Positions 48,280 to 59,192 of a DNA stretch of 64,000 nt are shown in pieces. This DNA is from Amphiscolops sp. MND2022 (lineage: Eukaryota). A program made the position numbers and the translations under genes. The notes beneath the pieces were generated by a model. It had not been told where the DNA came from, made no database searches, and saw nothing but the letters and a program-made list of their open reading frames with translations. The stretch is taken from assembly GCA_964187785.1 (NCBI GenBank), contig OZ076409.1:80230001-80294000 (forward strand). Reading direction: 5' to 3'. Every line of letters begins with the position of its first letter. The first letter of the stretch is position 1.

Positions 48280-49161
48280 TTATTTTTTTTGTTTACAATA
48301 ATATACATAATAATAAGCTACATTAAAAGGTGTTATTTCAATTGTTTGATCTGACATATCTTCTAGGAATATTTTAAGTTTGTTATATTCTTCACCTGTA
48401 AAGAAATAACTTTCATATTTTACATAATCCTCAGGACTCCATTTATGTTTAGTTGTATCGTAGATTAGTTGGTACTTTTGATTGAGTATTTTATACTTTT
48501 GTGATCTAGTATCAAATTCAATTACACCAAATTCTAACTGAATACGATATTGTTTCCATTTGAGATCTTCTTTGATTGAATAAGTTTGTATTATGGTTTC
48601 AAAGAAACTATCTGGATTATTTATTGTGATATATAATTTAAAACAATTCTCTCTCACTATTGGGAGAACATCCTTTGCATAGTGAGCAAGGTATATAACT
48701 TGTATATTATTGTGTCTACCAAACCGAAATAAGTCTTCTACTTTAGTTCTGAGTTGTTTGAATGCTCCTGCATCATCTAAAATTATAGTTCTATTAGCAA
48801 GTTTCTCTATTTCAATATTTTCTAACTGTAACAAAGGTATATAATTATCTTTAAACTCATTTTCATCTCTACCGAATACTATAAAATTAGTTTTAGTTTG
48901 ATCTAAATAATACTTCAGGAAACTAGTCTTACCTGATCCACTAGTACCATACACCAAAAAATGACAATTAGTACTTGTGTTTGGTGGAGTAAGTTCTTGT
49001 TCTTCTTCTTTGTTAGTTAAATGAGAATGTTTAAATCCCTTGAATTGTTTTAGTTTTGGGTATAATTTTTTATAATAATTAGGTTTAATATAATACCAAT
49101 ACACCCACAAAATTATAATAAAGATTACACATAATAAACCTATATATAATTTTTTATTCAT
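48280..49161 (-). CDS. Second A32-like ATPase with an N-terminal transmembrane helix
   Basis: LYIGLLCVIFIIILWVYWYYI at the N-terminus. Walker A GTSGSGKT, Walker B IILDD, FGRH, YLAH, VREN. An A-run slip near 48285 probably hides ~43 more codons ending at 48152. Confidence 0.88.
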   Translation of the reverse strand: MNKKLYIGLLCVIFIIILWVYWYYIKPNYYKKLYPKLKQFKGFKHSHLTNKEEEQELTPPNTSTNCHFLVYGTSGSGKTSFLKYYLDQTKTNFIVFGRDENEFKDNYIPLLQLENIEIEKLANRTIILDDAGAFKQLRTKVEDLFRFGRHNNIQVIYLAHYAKDVLPIVRENCFKLYITINNPDSFFETIIQTYSIKEDLKWKQYRIQLEFGVIEFDTRSQKYKILNQKYQLIYDTTKHKWSPEDYVKYESYFFTGEEYNKLKIFLEDMSDQTIEITPFNVAYYYVYYCKQKK

Positions 49162-49175
49162 TTATTAGGAAATAA

Positions 49176-50066
49176 ATGAATGAAAAGAAAGAAATTGCTA
49201 AAGAAATATTTTCTCCTGTAATTAAAAAGTTTGATCGCATTAAAATAATTCCCCATTATAAAGATGAGTGTTGGAGTATCGATCTGATAGACAGGTCTAG
49301 CTTATCAAAATATAATAAAAACTACAAGTTTATTTTTACAATAATTGACAATCATACTAAATACGCATGGGCCATTCCTCTTAAAGATAAATCAGGAAAA
49401 AGTACAACAACTGCATTAAAAAGTCTTATCGAAAAAGCAAAAAGAAAACCTGATAAAATTTGGTCAGATAGAGGTAAAGAGTTTTATAATAAAACATTTT
49501 TAGATTTTCTTAATCAAAATGAAATTCAAATTTATTCAACTAATTCAGATTTAAAAGCTGTTTTTGTTGAACGCTTCAATAGAACATTTTTAGATCTAAT
49601 AAAAAAACCAATGTATATTGAAGGTAAAGCTTGTTGGTTGAATCATCTAGATACTGCTATGGAAAAATATAATAGTCGTGTGCATGGAACTACTAAGATG
49701 ACACCTTTTGAAATGTCAACTAATCAAAAACTAATACCTAACAATACCGAAGGCGCTCTGAGTAATAAGTTTAAAAACACCGAAGGCGCTTTGCGTAAAC
49801 AACCCAAATTTCAAGTGGGAGACTATGTAAGAGTTCCTGATAAACGCAATTTATATAGTAAAGGTTATACAACAAATTGGAATAGAGAACTTTTTAAAAT
49901 ACATAAAAATAACAATACAAATCCCGTTACATATAGTTTAGTTGATGAAAACAACGAACAAATAGAAGGAAAGTATTATGAACAAGAACTTTTAAGAAGT
50001 GTATTCAACTTTGAATCTAACAACAAAACGTTAGAAAGTATGAATATTTTCCATCGTTATGAGTAA
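49176..50066 (+). CDS. Polinton retroviral-like (rve) integrase
   Basis: DDE triad in WSIDL, WSDRGKEF and VERFNRT. C-terminal KFQVGDYVR..KGYTTNW..YYEQEL. Confidence 0.95.
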   Translation: MNEKKEIAKEIFSPVIKKFDRIKIIPHYKDECWSIDLIDRSSLSKYNKNYKFIFTIIDNHTKYAWAIPLKDKSGKSTTTALKSLIEKAKRKPDKIWSDRGKEFYNKTFLDFLNQNEIQIYSTNSDLKAVFVERFNRTFLDLIKKPMYIEGKACWLNHLDTAMEKYNSRVHGTTKMTPFEMSTNQKLIPNNTEGALSNKFKNTEGALRKQPKFQVGDYVRVPDKRNLYSKGYTTNWNRELFKIHKNNNTNPVTYSLVDENNEQIEGKYYEQELLRSVFNFESNNKTLESMNIFHRYE

Positions 50067-50083
50067 TTATATTTAAATAAATA

Positions 50084-50566
50084 ATGTCAATTCATAAATT
50101 CGGTTTTAGTGCCGAAAGCTTACAAAAAGATAAGATTGAGAATTTAGAAAAAGAGTTTGAATCACAAACCAAATTAATTAATATAAAACTTAATGATTTA
50201 CAAAGCACCTTTGGTGATAAATTAAAAAAGTTCAATAACTTGCAAAACATAGAAGAAATTCAATTTATCAACGATGAAACACAAATCGTAGTCAATGCAA
50301 AGTTATTCTTAGACATTAACAAGAGTATAGAAGATATAAAAATAAATTTGAAATATTTAGAACAAGATGTTAAAAATAAATTTTTAGAAAAGAAGAAAGA
50401 AATTATTTTGGATGCTGCCAAGTTAGTGGAAGAACAACAAACCATTTTACGTAATCATTTTGAGAGAAACCTTATTTCGGAATTGGAAAAATGTAAAAAT
50501 CAAACCATCAAAGATGTTATACAACTATTGTACAACAAAGGATTGTTTGACTCATTTGAAAATTAA
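50084..50566 (+). CDS. Hypothetical coiled-coil protein
   Basis: Intact 160-aa K/E/L-rich ORF within the tightly packed gene array. Confidence 0.65.
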   Translation: MSIHKFGFSAESLQKDKIENLEKEFESQTKLINIKLNDLQSTFGDKLKKFNNLQNIEEIQFINDETQIVVNAKLFLDINKSIEDIKINLKYLEQDVKNKFLEKKKEIILDAAKLVEEQQTILRNHFERNLISELEKCKNQTIKDVIQLLYNKGLFDSFEN

Positions 50567-50579
50567 GACCAAATCTTTA

Positions 50580-50797
50580 ATGAGTACTTATATTTTAGTG
50601 ATGAATACTTGTTGGAAAAATACGGAACAGAAATAAAGACATCAGATGGTGTGTATTATTTATCTGATTTAGACTATTCAACGCGAGAAGATATCGTGAA
50701 GTGCTTAAAGAAAGATGAATACAAAGATATAGTTGACCTTAAATATAGAATGAAACTAACCGATACTGAGATAAATTTCATACTTTTTGAAAACTAA
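50580..50797 (+). CDS. Small acidic hypothetical protein
   Basis: The ORF track calls 50609-50797. An ATG at 50580 (MSTYIFSDEY) is in a different frame, so the start is uncertain or frameshifted. Confidence 0.4.
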
Positions 50798-50820
50798 AAT
50801 TAAGTTTTTATTTAAAATGA

Positions 50821-51342
50821 ATGAGTGAAAAATTGTACCCATGTTTACAACAAGATCAGAATCTTGATCTTAGATTAAAAGAAATAAATAGTTTTAATAA
50901 TTCAATTCAAAATATAAAAGATATTCAAAATTTTTATAATCATGAAGCTAAAAAGTATAAAAAGAAATCTAAAATATATAAAATTATAAACGGTTTAATT
51001 CAATCTATTGATGGAGTTTCAGTACTAGCAGTATCATCAACATGTGTCACGTTGAGTGTCACAGGAGTTGGACTGGCTGTTGTACCTATAGCAAGTGGTA
51101 TAGGTGCAGGTTTATGTATAATCTGTAAAATTGCTGGAGAGTACCTGAAAAGAAAAGAACAACACAATATTAAAAAATATACTCTTGCTGGTAGAACACT
51201 ACACGACTACCAAAAACTACATTCAAAATGTTTAGAAGACAATAAAATTGATCTGAGTGAATACAACAAATTAAAACAAACTTACGATCTATATAAAACA
51301 AATAAAACTAAACTAAATTCTGAGTTTACTTTTTTAGGATAA
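50821..51342 (+). CDS. Two-helix membrane protein
   Basis: Central hydrophobic hairpin GVSVLAVSSTCVTLSVTGVGLAVVPIASGIGAGLCIIC between charged helices; N-terminal KLYPCL. Confidence 0.75.
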   Translation: MSEKLYPCLQQDQNLDLRLKEINSFNNSIQNIKDIQNFYNHEAKKYKKKSKIYKIINGLIQSIDGVSVLAVSSTCVTLSVTGVGLAVVPIASGIGAGLCIICKIAGEYLKRKEQHNIKKYTLAGRTLHDYQKLHSKCLEDNKIDLSEYNKLKQTYDLYKTNKTKLNSEFTFLG

Positions 51343-51403
51343 ATATTTTAAGTAAAAATAAAATCAGTATAAATTTTAAATCCTAATTTTTATTCCTATT
51401 TAA

Positions 51404-52632
51404 ATGGAATTATTTTCATTGAAAAATAAATATGCTATGGATAAACCTATTCATAAAATTGATTTTATTAAATATAGTCCAAGTAGTTTAGCTACAATCA
51501 ACAATAATAATTCAAACATTTCCATCATCTTCCCAAGAGAAGATGCATATATTTGTTTACAAAACTCATATATATCATTAGAATTTGAAGTTCTTAAAAA
51601 TGATGATACAAGATATGCAGATGGTGATCAAATAAGTTTAGTTAACTTTGGGCCCGTTGCTTTATTTAGTGAAGCTAAGCTGACAACAAGTTCGGGAAAA
51701 CACCTAGAAAAAGTTGACAATTTGCACCCCACCTCTTTAATGATTAAACTTTTAACTAGCACTCAACAAACTTCTCAATTGATGTATGGGTTTGAAGAAA
51801 GTAGTACTATCAGAAGACAAGAACTAACTAACAATAAGACAGAGAAAGGAACCTTTTTTGTGAGAATAAAACTAAAAGACTTGTTTGGATTCGCTGATCA
51901 AGAAAAAATAACTTATGGATTGGGTTACAGTCTCACATTAAAACGAAATAATAATAATGATCCTATTATCAGGGACAATGCGATTACTGCTGCAAAAATA
52001 AATATAAAGACATCTCCTGGCATATTCCACACTACACACCATCAATGGAAAACCAACAACTCGTGATGGATCAAATATTAGACAAAGATCCAACTGAATT
52101 ATTTTACATGGAACGGATTGTATTTAGAAAAGATGTTAACACGAATAATAATTGGACATTTGAATTAGGTAATAGTGGAGAATCAACACCAACTTTTGTA
52201 ATTGTTGCTTTTCAAGCTAGAAATAAAATTGATTCACAAACACATGATAATGCAATATTTGATCGTTTACCTGTTTCAAATGCTGTTTGTAAAATAGGAT
52301 CAGAGAAATATCCCGATGATGGAATAGAATGTGATTATGAAAGAGATAAATATGATCAAGCATACAGTGAAATTGAAAACTTCTATTTGTTAAAAAGTGA
52401 AACTAATCTACTCAATCCATTTATTGATTTGCATAAATTCAGGACAAATTATAATTTCTATGTATTTGATTTATCCAAACAAAAAGACCCCATCGGGAGT
52501 CAACCTATTAGATTAGAATTCAAATTTAATGCTGCCATTAATGTAGCAGATTATATAGCTTATGCCCTAGTCCTAACACCCAAGCTGATAAGTATCAGTA
52601 GTGATGGACAAAGGCATTTTGATTTATTATGA
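51404..52632 (+). pseudogene. Major capsid protein (double jelly-roll), 1-nt frameshift near 52008
   Basis: ORFs 51404-52066 and 52045-52632 join as NIKDISWHIPHYTP if one A is restored. Beta-rich, ~410 aa, with motifs SYISLEF, ALFSE, PTFVIVAFQ, FYVFDLSKQ and IRLEFKF. Confidence 0.85.
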
Positions 52633-52757
52633 ATAAATATAATTTAAATATATTAATACAGCTTTGCTGATATGATAAATAAATTTATAAAATAATATAT
52701 TTATTTTTATAAAATGATAATAATTATAAATATAAATAAAAAATTAAATATTTATTT

Positions 52758-55700
52758 TTATAAAACATGTGCTCGATCACTTATCAACTTCACAAGTTGT
52801 TGATGGGTGAGTGCTTGTTTCCAATACCAAACACTCCAATATATTTCTTCATCTGTTTTATTTTCGGTTAATTCTTTATAATACAAACCAATTAATTTCA
52901 AACAATATATACATGGACAATCGCCTTTTTGTGTGTGTTTATCCCATGGTAAACTTTGTATTGGATTTATATACAAACGTTTATCGTCAAAAGGATTCAA
53001 AGCTAGTTTGTTTTGTTTTTCAACTGTAAGGTTGTGTAAATTAGATCTAATTGATATATTTGTAGAACTTGATGTTTCTGAATTAAACAATGAATTTTTG
53101 TAGTGTTCACATTTGGGAGCATTTTGTATTCCTTTTTGTTTCGCTTTTTGAGTGATACCATTCGGATTATTGTAACTGAAAGAATATGACTTTGATCGCA
53201 ATGCTGTGAATGTATCTAACACCAAAATTGGACTTGTTTCAATTTTCATTTTTCCTAAATTTTTTTTGTTAATAGGATCATAAAATTCATGAGATTTATC
53301 TAATTCATTGAAATCAAATTCATCTTTGTTTTCTTGTAAAAAATTTCTTAGTTCTCGATTGTTAGCATTAAAACTAAGTATGAAAGAATCAGTATCCATG
53401 TAGTGTAGTTGAACTTTATTTTGCCAATATGGTTCTAAAGTATGATAATAAAACTCATACATTAACAACTTACTCAGTTCTAAAACAGAGAATCCCAAGT
53501 AAATTGGTTTATCAAAGACTGTTTTTTCTTTATCAAACTTGTACACACTAAACTTAGAATAATGATCCACAATGCCTTTGAAACTTAACTTGGATTGTCT
53601 TTTTATTATTTGATTTATTTGAGAATGATCAATGAATTCTAGATTGGTTCTATCTCTTACATTTTCCATTGTCTTGCCGAAGAAAGCATTATTCATTAAT
53701 TTATAAAGATCCTTTTCAAAGTTTGTTTTCGCTACTGTGCGTTTCTGAGTATTATGATCGATATATTTACCTAACCATGGACTTTGCTTGAAGCGGTAGA
53801 TTGTATGTATCTTCGTTACTTTCATCCCTTGGTTAAGATAAAACTTAAACATCCTATAATGTATCATATATTTCGATTTATTGGTTACATCACACATAAG
53901 TTTTGATGTTGGTTTGTAATTAGGTTGATTTATATTATTCATATAACCTGAGAATAAGTTTGGATCTGCTTTTGTTTGATATGGACAAAAAGGAAAGTTT
54001 TTTGTTTTTTCTTTAATTTCAGCTGGATATTCTAAGTTACATTCTATGAAGAATCCATATTCATTATCATCAGGTATTTGTAATAAATCTTCTACTAATT
54101 GCTCTAGAATGTAATTACACGGATTAAGAGGTAATATTTCGAATTCGCCAGTAGGAAGACATTGACTCATTGCCCATCCATATAGATTATTTGCATCGAT
54201 ATATAAGATTTGTTTATTTTCATTAGATTGCACGTGACGATCTCCCATTACACTTGAAATTCTTCCACGGATATTATTTTCAAGTAGTAGTAATAATTCT
54301 TTACCGGAGGGCAGCTTCGCTGTATCTTTTATAAAGTCTAACTTTATATTAGTCAACTTCAATCCTGCTTTCCATGTATAACCAGGTAGAGAGTAACTAT
54401 ACAAAGGATTAATTTTATATTCTCGTGTAGAACTTTTCACAAAGTTTTCGAATACATCAGCTAGTTGAAGAACATCTATTTTTAAATATAACATAGTTAA
54501 TTCTCTTCCATTTTTAATTTTCTTTTTATCAATTAATTCGTGGGTTCTTTTTATATCATCATCTGATGGATAAGATTGTGTTAATGTTGACCAATAATCT
54601 TCTTTGGTTAGATTTAATGGTTCCTGAAAGTTATCAAGATTTAAGTATTCATATGGATAAGCTAATTTCTTTTTGAATAAATCATCACTCATTCCTTCCA
54701 ATTTCATGATAGGAAAATTGTCTATACTCTTAACTAATTTATTTAAACTGGAAGAAAGCAATCGGTATGAATCTAAGAATCTCAAACAACCTACTTGTAC
54801 ACTAACATAATTTTCCAGTGACTTTGGAATTATCGTTGGATTATAATTTTGATTGTATGCTTCGGTTAAGAGTTCTTCAAATATAAGATGACAAACATAC
54901 CCAGAAAAGTTATGGAAAAATATAGGAACAAAACTTGATGACTTTTGTTTACAATTTATGTTACATATATTATGAGCTGCTCCTCTGTATTTTCCTGTTA
55001 GATGATCATGATCTCTAACTTTTTCACCTTCGAGTGGATTTTCACAAAGCCAACACTCCTCTGCAAGTTGAAATGATTCTTTCTCTTGAGGAGTTATTTC
55101 TAATTCTAAGTTTGTTTTAAAATAGTTACTAGCAATTTTTTCTAAAGTTAACATTCTATTTACAAACCACGTGGTACAATCTATTCCAAAGTATGAATAG
55201 TAATAATTTCCGAATGGTGAAATTACATAATATCCTACTGCAATTGGAATTTGTTTAAATAATACTTTGGGGTTATTTTGAGGTTGATTAATACATTCAA
55301 AATCTGCATATACTCTTATTGGTACAGGGACTTTCATATGATAATCTTCGAACTTTAACTGATCCTTCCAACTGAATGTGATTTTAGTTGGTTGTTGTTT
55401 TATACATCTTTCCATATGATCAATTAGAACTGGTTGTGAACTAAATGCTGTTAAACATCTCCTTCATACATGTTTCATGTGTGAATCTTTATTTATTAAA
55501 CAATGCAACTTTGTTATTAAACAATAGTGATTTTGATACAGCAATAAATCTATTTGTGGTTGTAAGTAATTTTTGTTAACGTGGATTGGTGTTAGTACAG
55601 TTCCAGTGAGTTCGAATACATTTATACACAGTCCAATGTTTAAATTTTCAAACTTGGGAATATCTGTGACTTTCATAGGGAATTCTAAACCTTCTAGGTT

Positions 55701-57613
55701 GAATTTATCAAAATGTTTTGAATAACTCGATGTTATATTTTTGTTATTCTCAACTGGAAATAAATATGCTAATATACACCATAGAAAACACAATTGATCA
55801 TTATTTTTTATATTTATTATTGATTGGCTGTTTTTATATTTTGGTGGTAACTCAATATATGAAGATGCTTGAAAATCATTAACTTTATATATTTCTAATA
55901 TAACTTCTTCTATTTCTTGAAACACAAAACCTGATCCTTCTAATTGTTCATCATCTAATTTGTGCATTGATGTGTTATGAGTATCTTGTTGTGTATGATT
56001 ATATATTAGATCTGATTTTGTTTACAATTTATGTTACATATATTATGAGCTGCTCCTCTGTATTTTCCTGTTAGATGATCATGATCTCTAACTTTTTCAC
56101 CTTCGAGTGGATTTTCACAAAGCCAACACTCCTCTGCAAGTTGAAATGATTCTTTCTCTTGAGGAGTTATTTCTAATTCTAAGTTTGTTTTAAAATAGTT
56201 ACTAGCAATTTTTTCTAAAGTTAACATTCTATTTACAAACCACGTGGTACAATCTATTCCAAAGTATGAATAGTAATAATTTCCGAATGGTGAAATTACA
56301 TAATATCCTACTGCAATTGGAATTTGTTTAAATAATACTTTGGGGTTATTTTGAGGTTGATTAATACATTCAAAATCTGCATATACTCTTATTGGTACAG
56401 GGACTTTCATATGATAATCTTCGAACTTTAACTGATCCTTCCAACTGAATGTGATTTTAGTTGGTTGTTGTTTTATACATCTTTCCATATGATCAATTAG
56501 AACTGGTTGTGAACTAAATGCTGTTAAACATCTCCTTCATACATGTTTCATGTGTGAATCTTTATTTATTAAACAATGCAACTTTGTTATTAAACAATAG
56601 TGATTTTGATACAGCAATAAATCTATTTGTGGTTGTAAGTAATTTTTGTTAACGTGGATTGGTGTTAGTACAGTTCCAGTGAGTTCGAATACATTTATAC
56701 ACAGTCCAATGTTTAAATTTTCAAACTTGGGAATATCTGTGACTTTCATAGGGAATTCTAAACCTTCTAGGTTGAATTTATCAAAATGTTTTGAATAACT
56801 CGATGTTATATTTTTATTATTCTCAACTGGAAATAAATATGCTAATATACACCATAGAAAACACAATTGATCATTGTTTTTTATATTTATTATTGATTGG
56901 CTGTTTTTATATTTTGGTGGTAACTCAATATATGAAGATGCTTGAAAATCATTAACTTTATATATTTCTAATATAACTTCTTCTATTTCTTGAAACACAA
57001 AACCTGATCCTTCTAATTGTTCATCATCTAATTTTTGCATTAATGTGTTATGAGTATCTTGTTGTGTATGATTATATATTAGATCTGATTTTATCCAACT
57101 TTTAAATACTTCTTCTTCTCCATTGATTATTTTTGAAAATTTAGCTAGATAACTCAATTGATATTTAAATAGAGGAAAGTACTTTTTACTTATTAATTCT
57201 TTTATACGATTTTCAAGATTTTCAGTTGGATTTATTTTAAGTTTAATGTATGTGTTTTCATTCACAATTATATTTACTCCATTACCGGAGGGCAGCAAAG
57301 CTGTACCGAAATCTGTAATACAGCTTCGCTGGCTTTGCATACCGTTTTGTTGACGGTTTTGTAAATGAATTTCACTTTGGAAATGTCTTGTTGTATCAGA
57401 TATATATTTACTACAATCTTCACACCATATTTTATTGATGCGGTTTTTATGTTCATCTGAATTTAAATGAGAACTTTTATTTGAGATAGGCATATATAAA
57501 TTACATTTTTTACAATAATATTGATTTAATTTTTCAAGATGTTTTACTGATTTTAAATGATCAGACTTGAAAGCTTTTTTATAATTTAAATTACAAATAC
57601 TACAATTCTCCAT
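52758..57613 (-). pseudogene. Protein-primed family B DNA polymerase with N-terminal Zn fingers and an endonuclease VII-like insert; one nonsense codon and an internal duplication
   Basis: Exonuclease motifs YADFE and FFHNF; CWLC..VRDHDH..GAAH..CN; polymerase motifs YIDANNLYG, KLMNNAFFGK and YMDTDS. Removing the 1073-bp duplicate and reading through the TGA gives a single 1260-codon frame. Confidence 0.95.
54943..57088. repeat. 1073-bp tandem duplication inside pPolB
   Basis: 54943-56015 and 56016-57088 are near-identical; ORF offsets 55415/56488 and 55464/56537 both equal 1073. Confidence 0.95.
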
Positions 57614-57765
57614 TTCTATTTATTAAAGAAAAAATAGTTTAATTAAAAATTTTTCAATTATAATTTTTCAAAAAATTGGTGAAAAATATTTTAATTTTGT
57701 GGTGGTAAGGTATTAAAATTTGCCACAGATTTGAATGATAAATATTTCATTTAAGAAAATTTTTA

Positions 57766-58178
57766 AAATCTGTAATCAGAAACTCAAGACCTTTCTAATG
57801 ATGTATCACACATGGCAATATCTTGAACTTTTATAATCTCTACATGTTTAAGGGTTTCAGGCTTGAGATGGTATAGTTTCAGTTGTGGGTGCCCAATCAT
57901 GAAAATATTCAAAATCTGTGATCTCCAACTCAAGACCTTTCCAAAGATGTATCATACACTGTGATATCTTGAACTTTTATAATCTCTACATGTTTAAAGG
58001 TTTCAGGTTTTTCGAAGTTTCAGATGGTATACATTTGTACTAGGTTTTTGAATTGTATCTAAATAGATAGCCCTTGTCAAGACCTTTTCAATGGTATATT
58101 ATACTTTGTTGTAACTCAAATATTCGTTGTGTTATGGCTTTTTTTCTGACCTATTAGTAATCTCTACATGTTTAAGAG
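57766..58178 (+). repeat. Two to three diverged direct repeats upstream of pPolB
   Basis: TCAAGACCTTT...TAATCTCTACATGTTTAA recurs at ~57784, ~57930 and ~58077. Confidence 0.75.
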
Positions 58179-58969
58179 TGAAAGTCTGAATGGAAAAAGT
58201 TGCCACTTGAGTGCTTTTCAAGTGGTTTTTGATCCTTTAATCTTTTTCAAAATCACTTTTCTCGAAAACTATATTAGGTAGAAACTTGAAATTTTCAGGG
58301 TAGACTACTTATGGTATGAGCTAATGATTGGAACCGAGACCGCCAACCTCCGACTATTAACATGGTAAGATGGTAAGTGGTATGCTTAAACATGTGGAGA
58401 TAGGTTATAGCAAACTTTACATATTTGAATTTATTAATTGGTAGTAGTTTTGAAATTGAAAAAAAAATCAAATAATAAGAATTAATTGATTTGAAAGGTT
58501 ACATTGTAGTATAGGAAGCACCTTCACCGAGTTAATTTCCCTTTCAGTCATTGTTAAATAATTTGTTTTGGTATGCTGGGACCCGCCAGGGCCTTCTCCT
58601 CTTCATCTTCCTCGTCCCGTTTCCGCTTTTCTGCTCGTTCTTTTTTGATATTGCCAGCTTCTTTCAGTGATTTTAACTGTATTTTGTACTGACGTAAAGC
58701 ATTGTACTCTTTTATCAACTTTTTTGTGTCTTCTAGAATGTTTTCCATGTTTTTTTTAGCTTTTCCTCCGTCGCCGCCACATCCATAGGAGCATCATTGA
58801 CAAACATTTCTTTACAAAACTCCAGAAGCATAGGGTTAAACAGGTGCTCTTTGGTTAAATCTGCTTGAATTTGGTCGAATAAATCATTCATGTTGTCTTT
58901 CTTTTGCTTTATTCTTTTCACCAGTTCTTTCTTATTACTTATTTTGCTTCAACAATTAATCGATACGGA

Positions 58970-59192
58970 ATTCAATACTGAACTGTTTGTGTCTGGTTTT
59001 GGAAAATACTGAACTGTTTGTATCTGGTATTAGAAAATACTAGACAGCTCTGTCTGGTATTAGAAAATACTAGACAGCTCTGTCTGGTATTAGAAAATAC
59101 TAGACAGCTCTGTCTGGTATTAGAAAATACTAGACAGCTCTGTCTAGTATTAGAAAATACTAGACAGAGATGTTTGGTACACTGTCTGGTAT
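58970..59192. repeat. 30-bp tandem array of hairpin units
   Basis: TGTCTGGTATTAGAAAATACTAGACAGCTC occurs as about 5 near-perfect units plus degenerate flanking units. Confidence 0.95.

Noticed and set aside
58554..58921. Two short charged ORFs near the right end of the Polinton
   Set aside because: Possibly one frameshifted coiled-coil gene, but with no motif or clear start I could not support it as a feature.
58970..59192. CRISPR-like appearance of palindromic 30-bp repeats
   Set aside because: There are no unique spacers, the units are head-to-tail, no cas genes are present and the context is eukaryotic.
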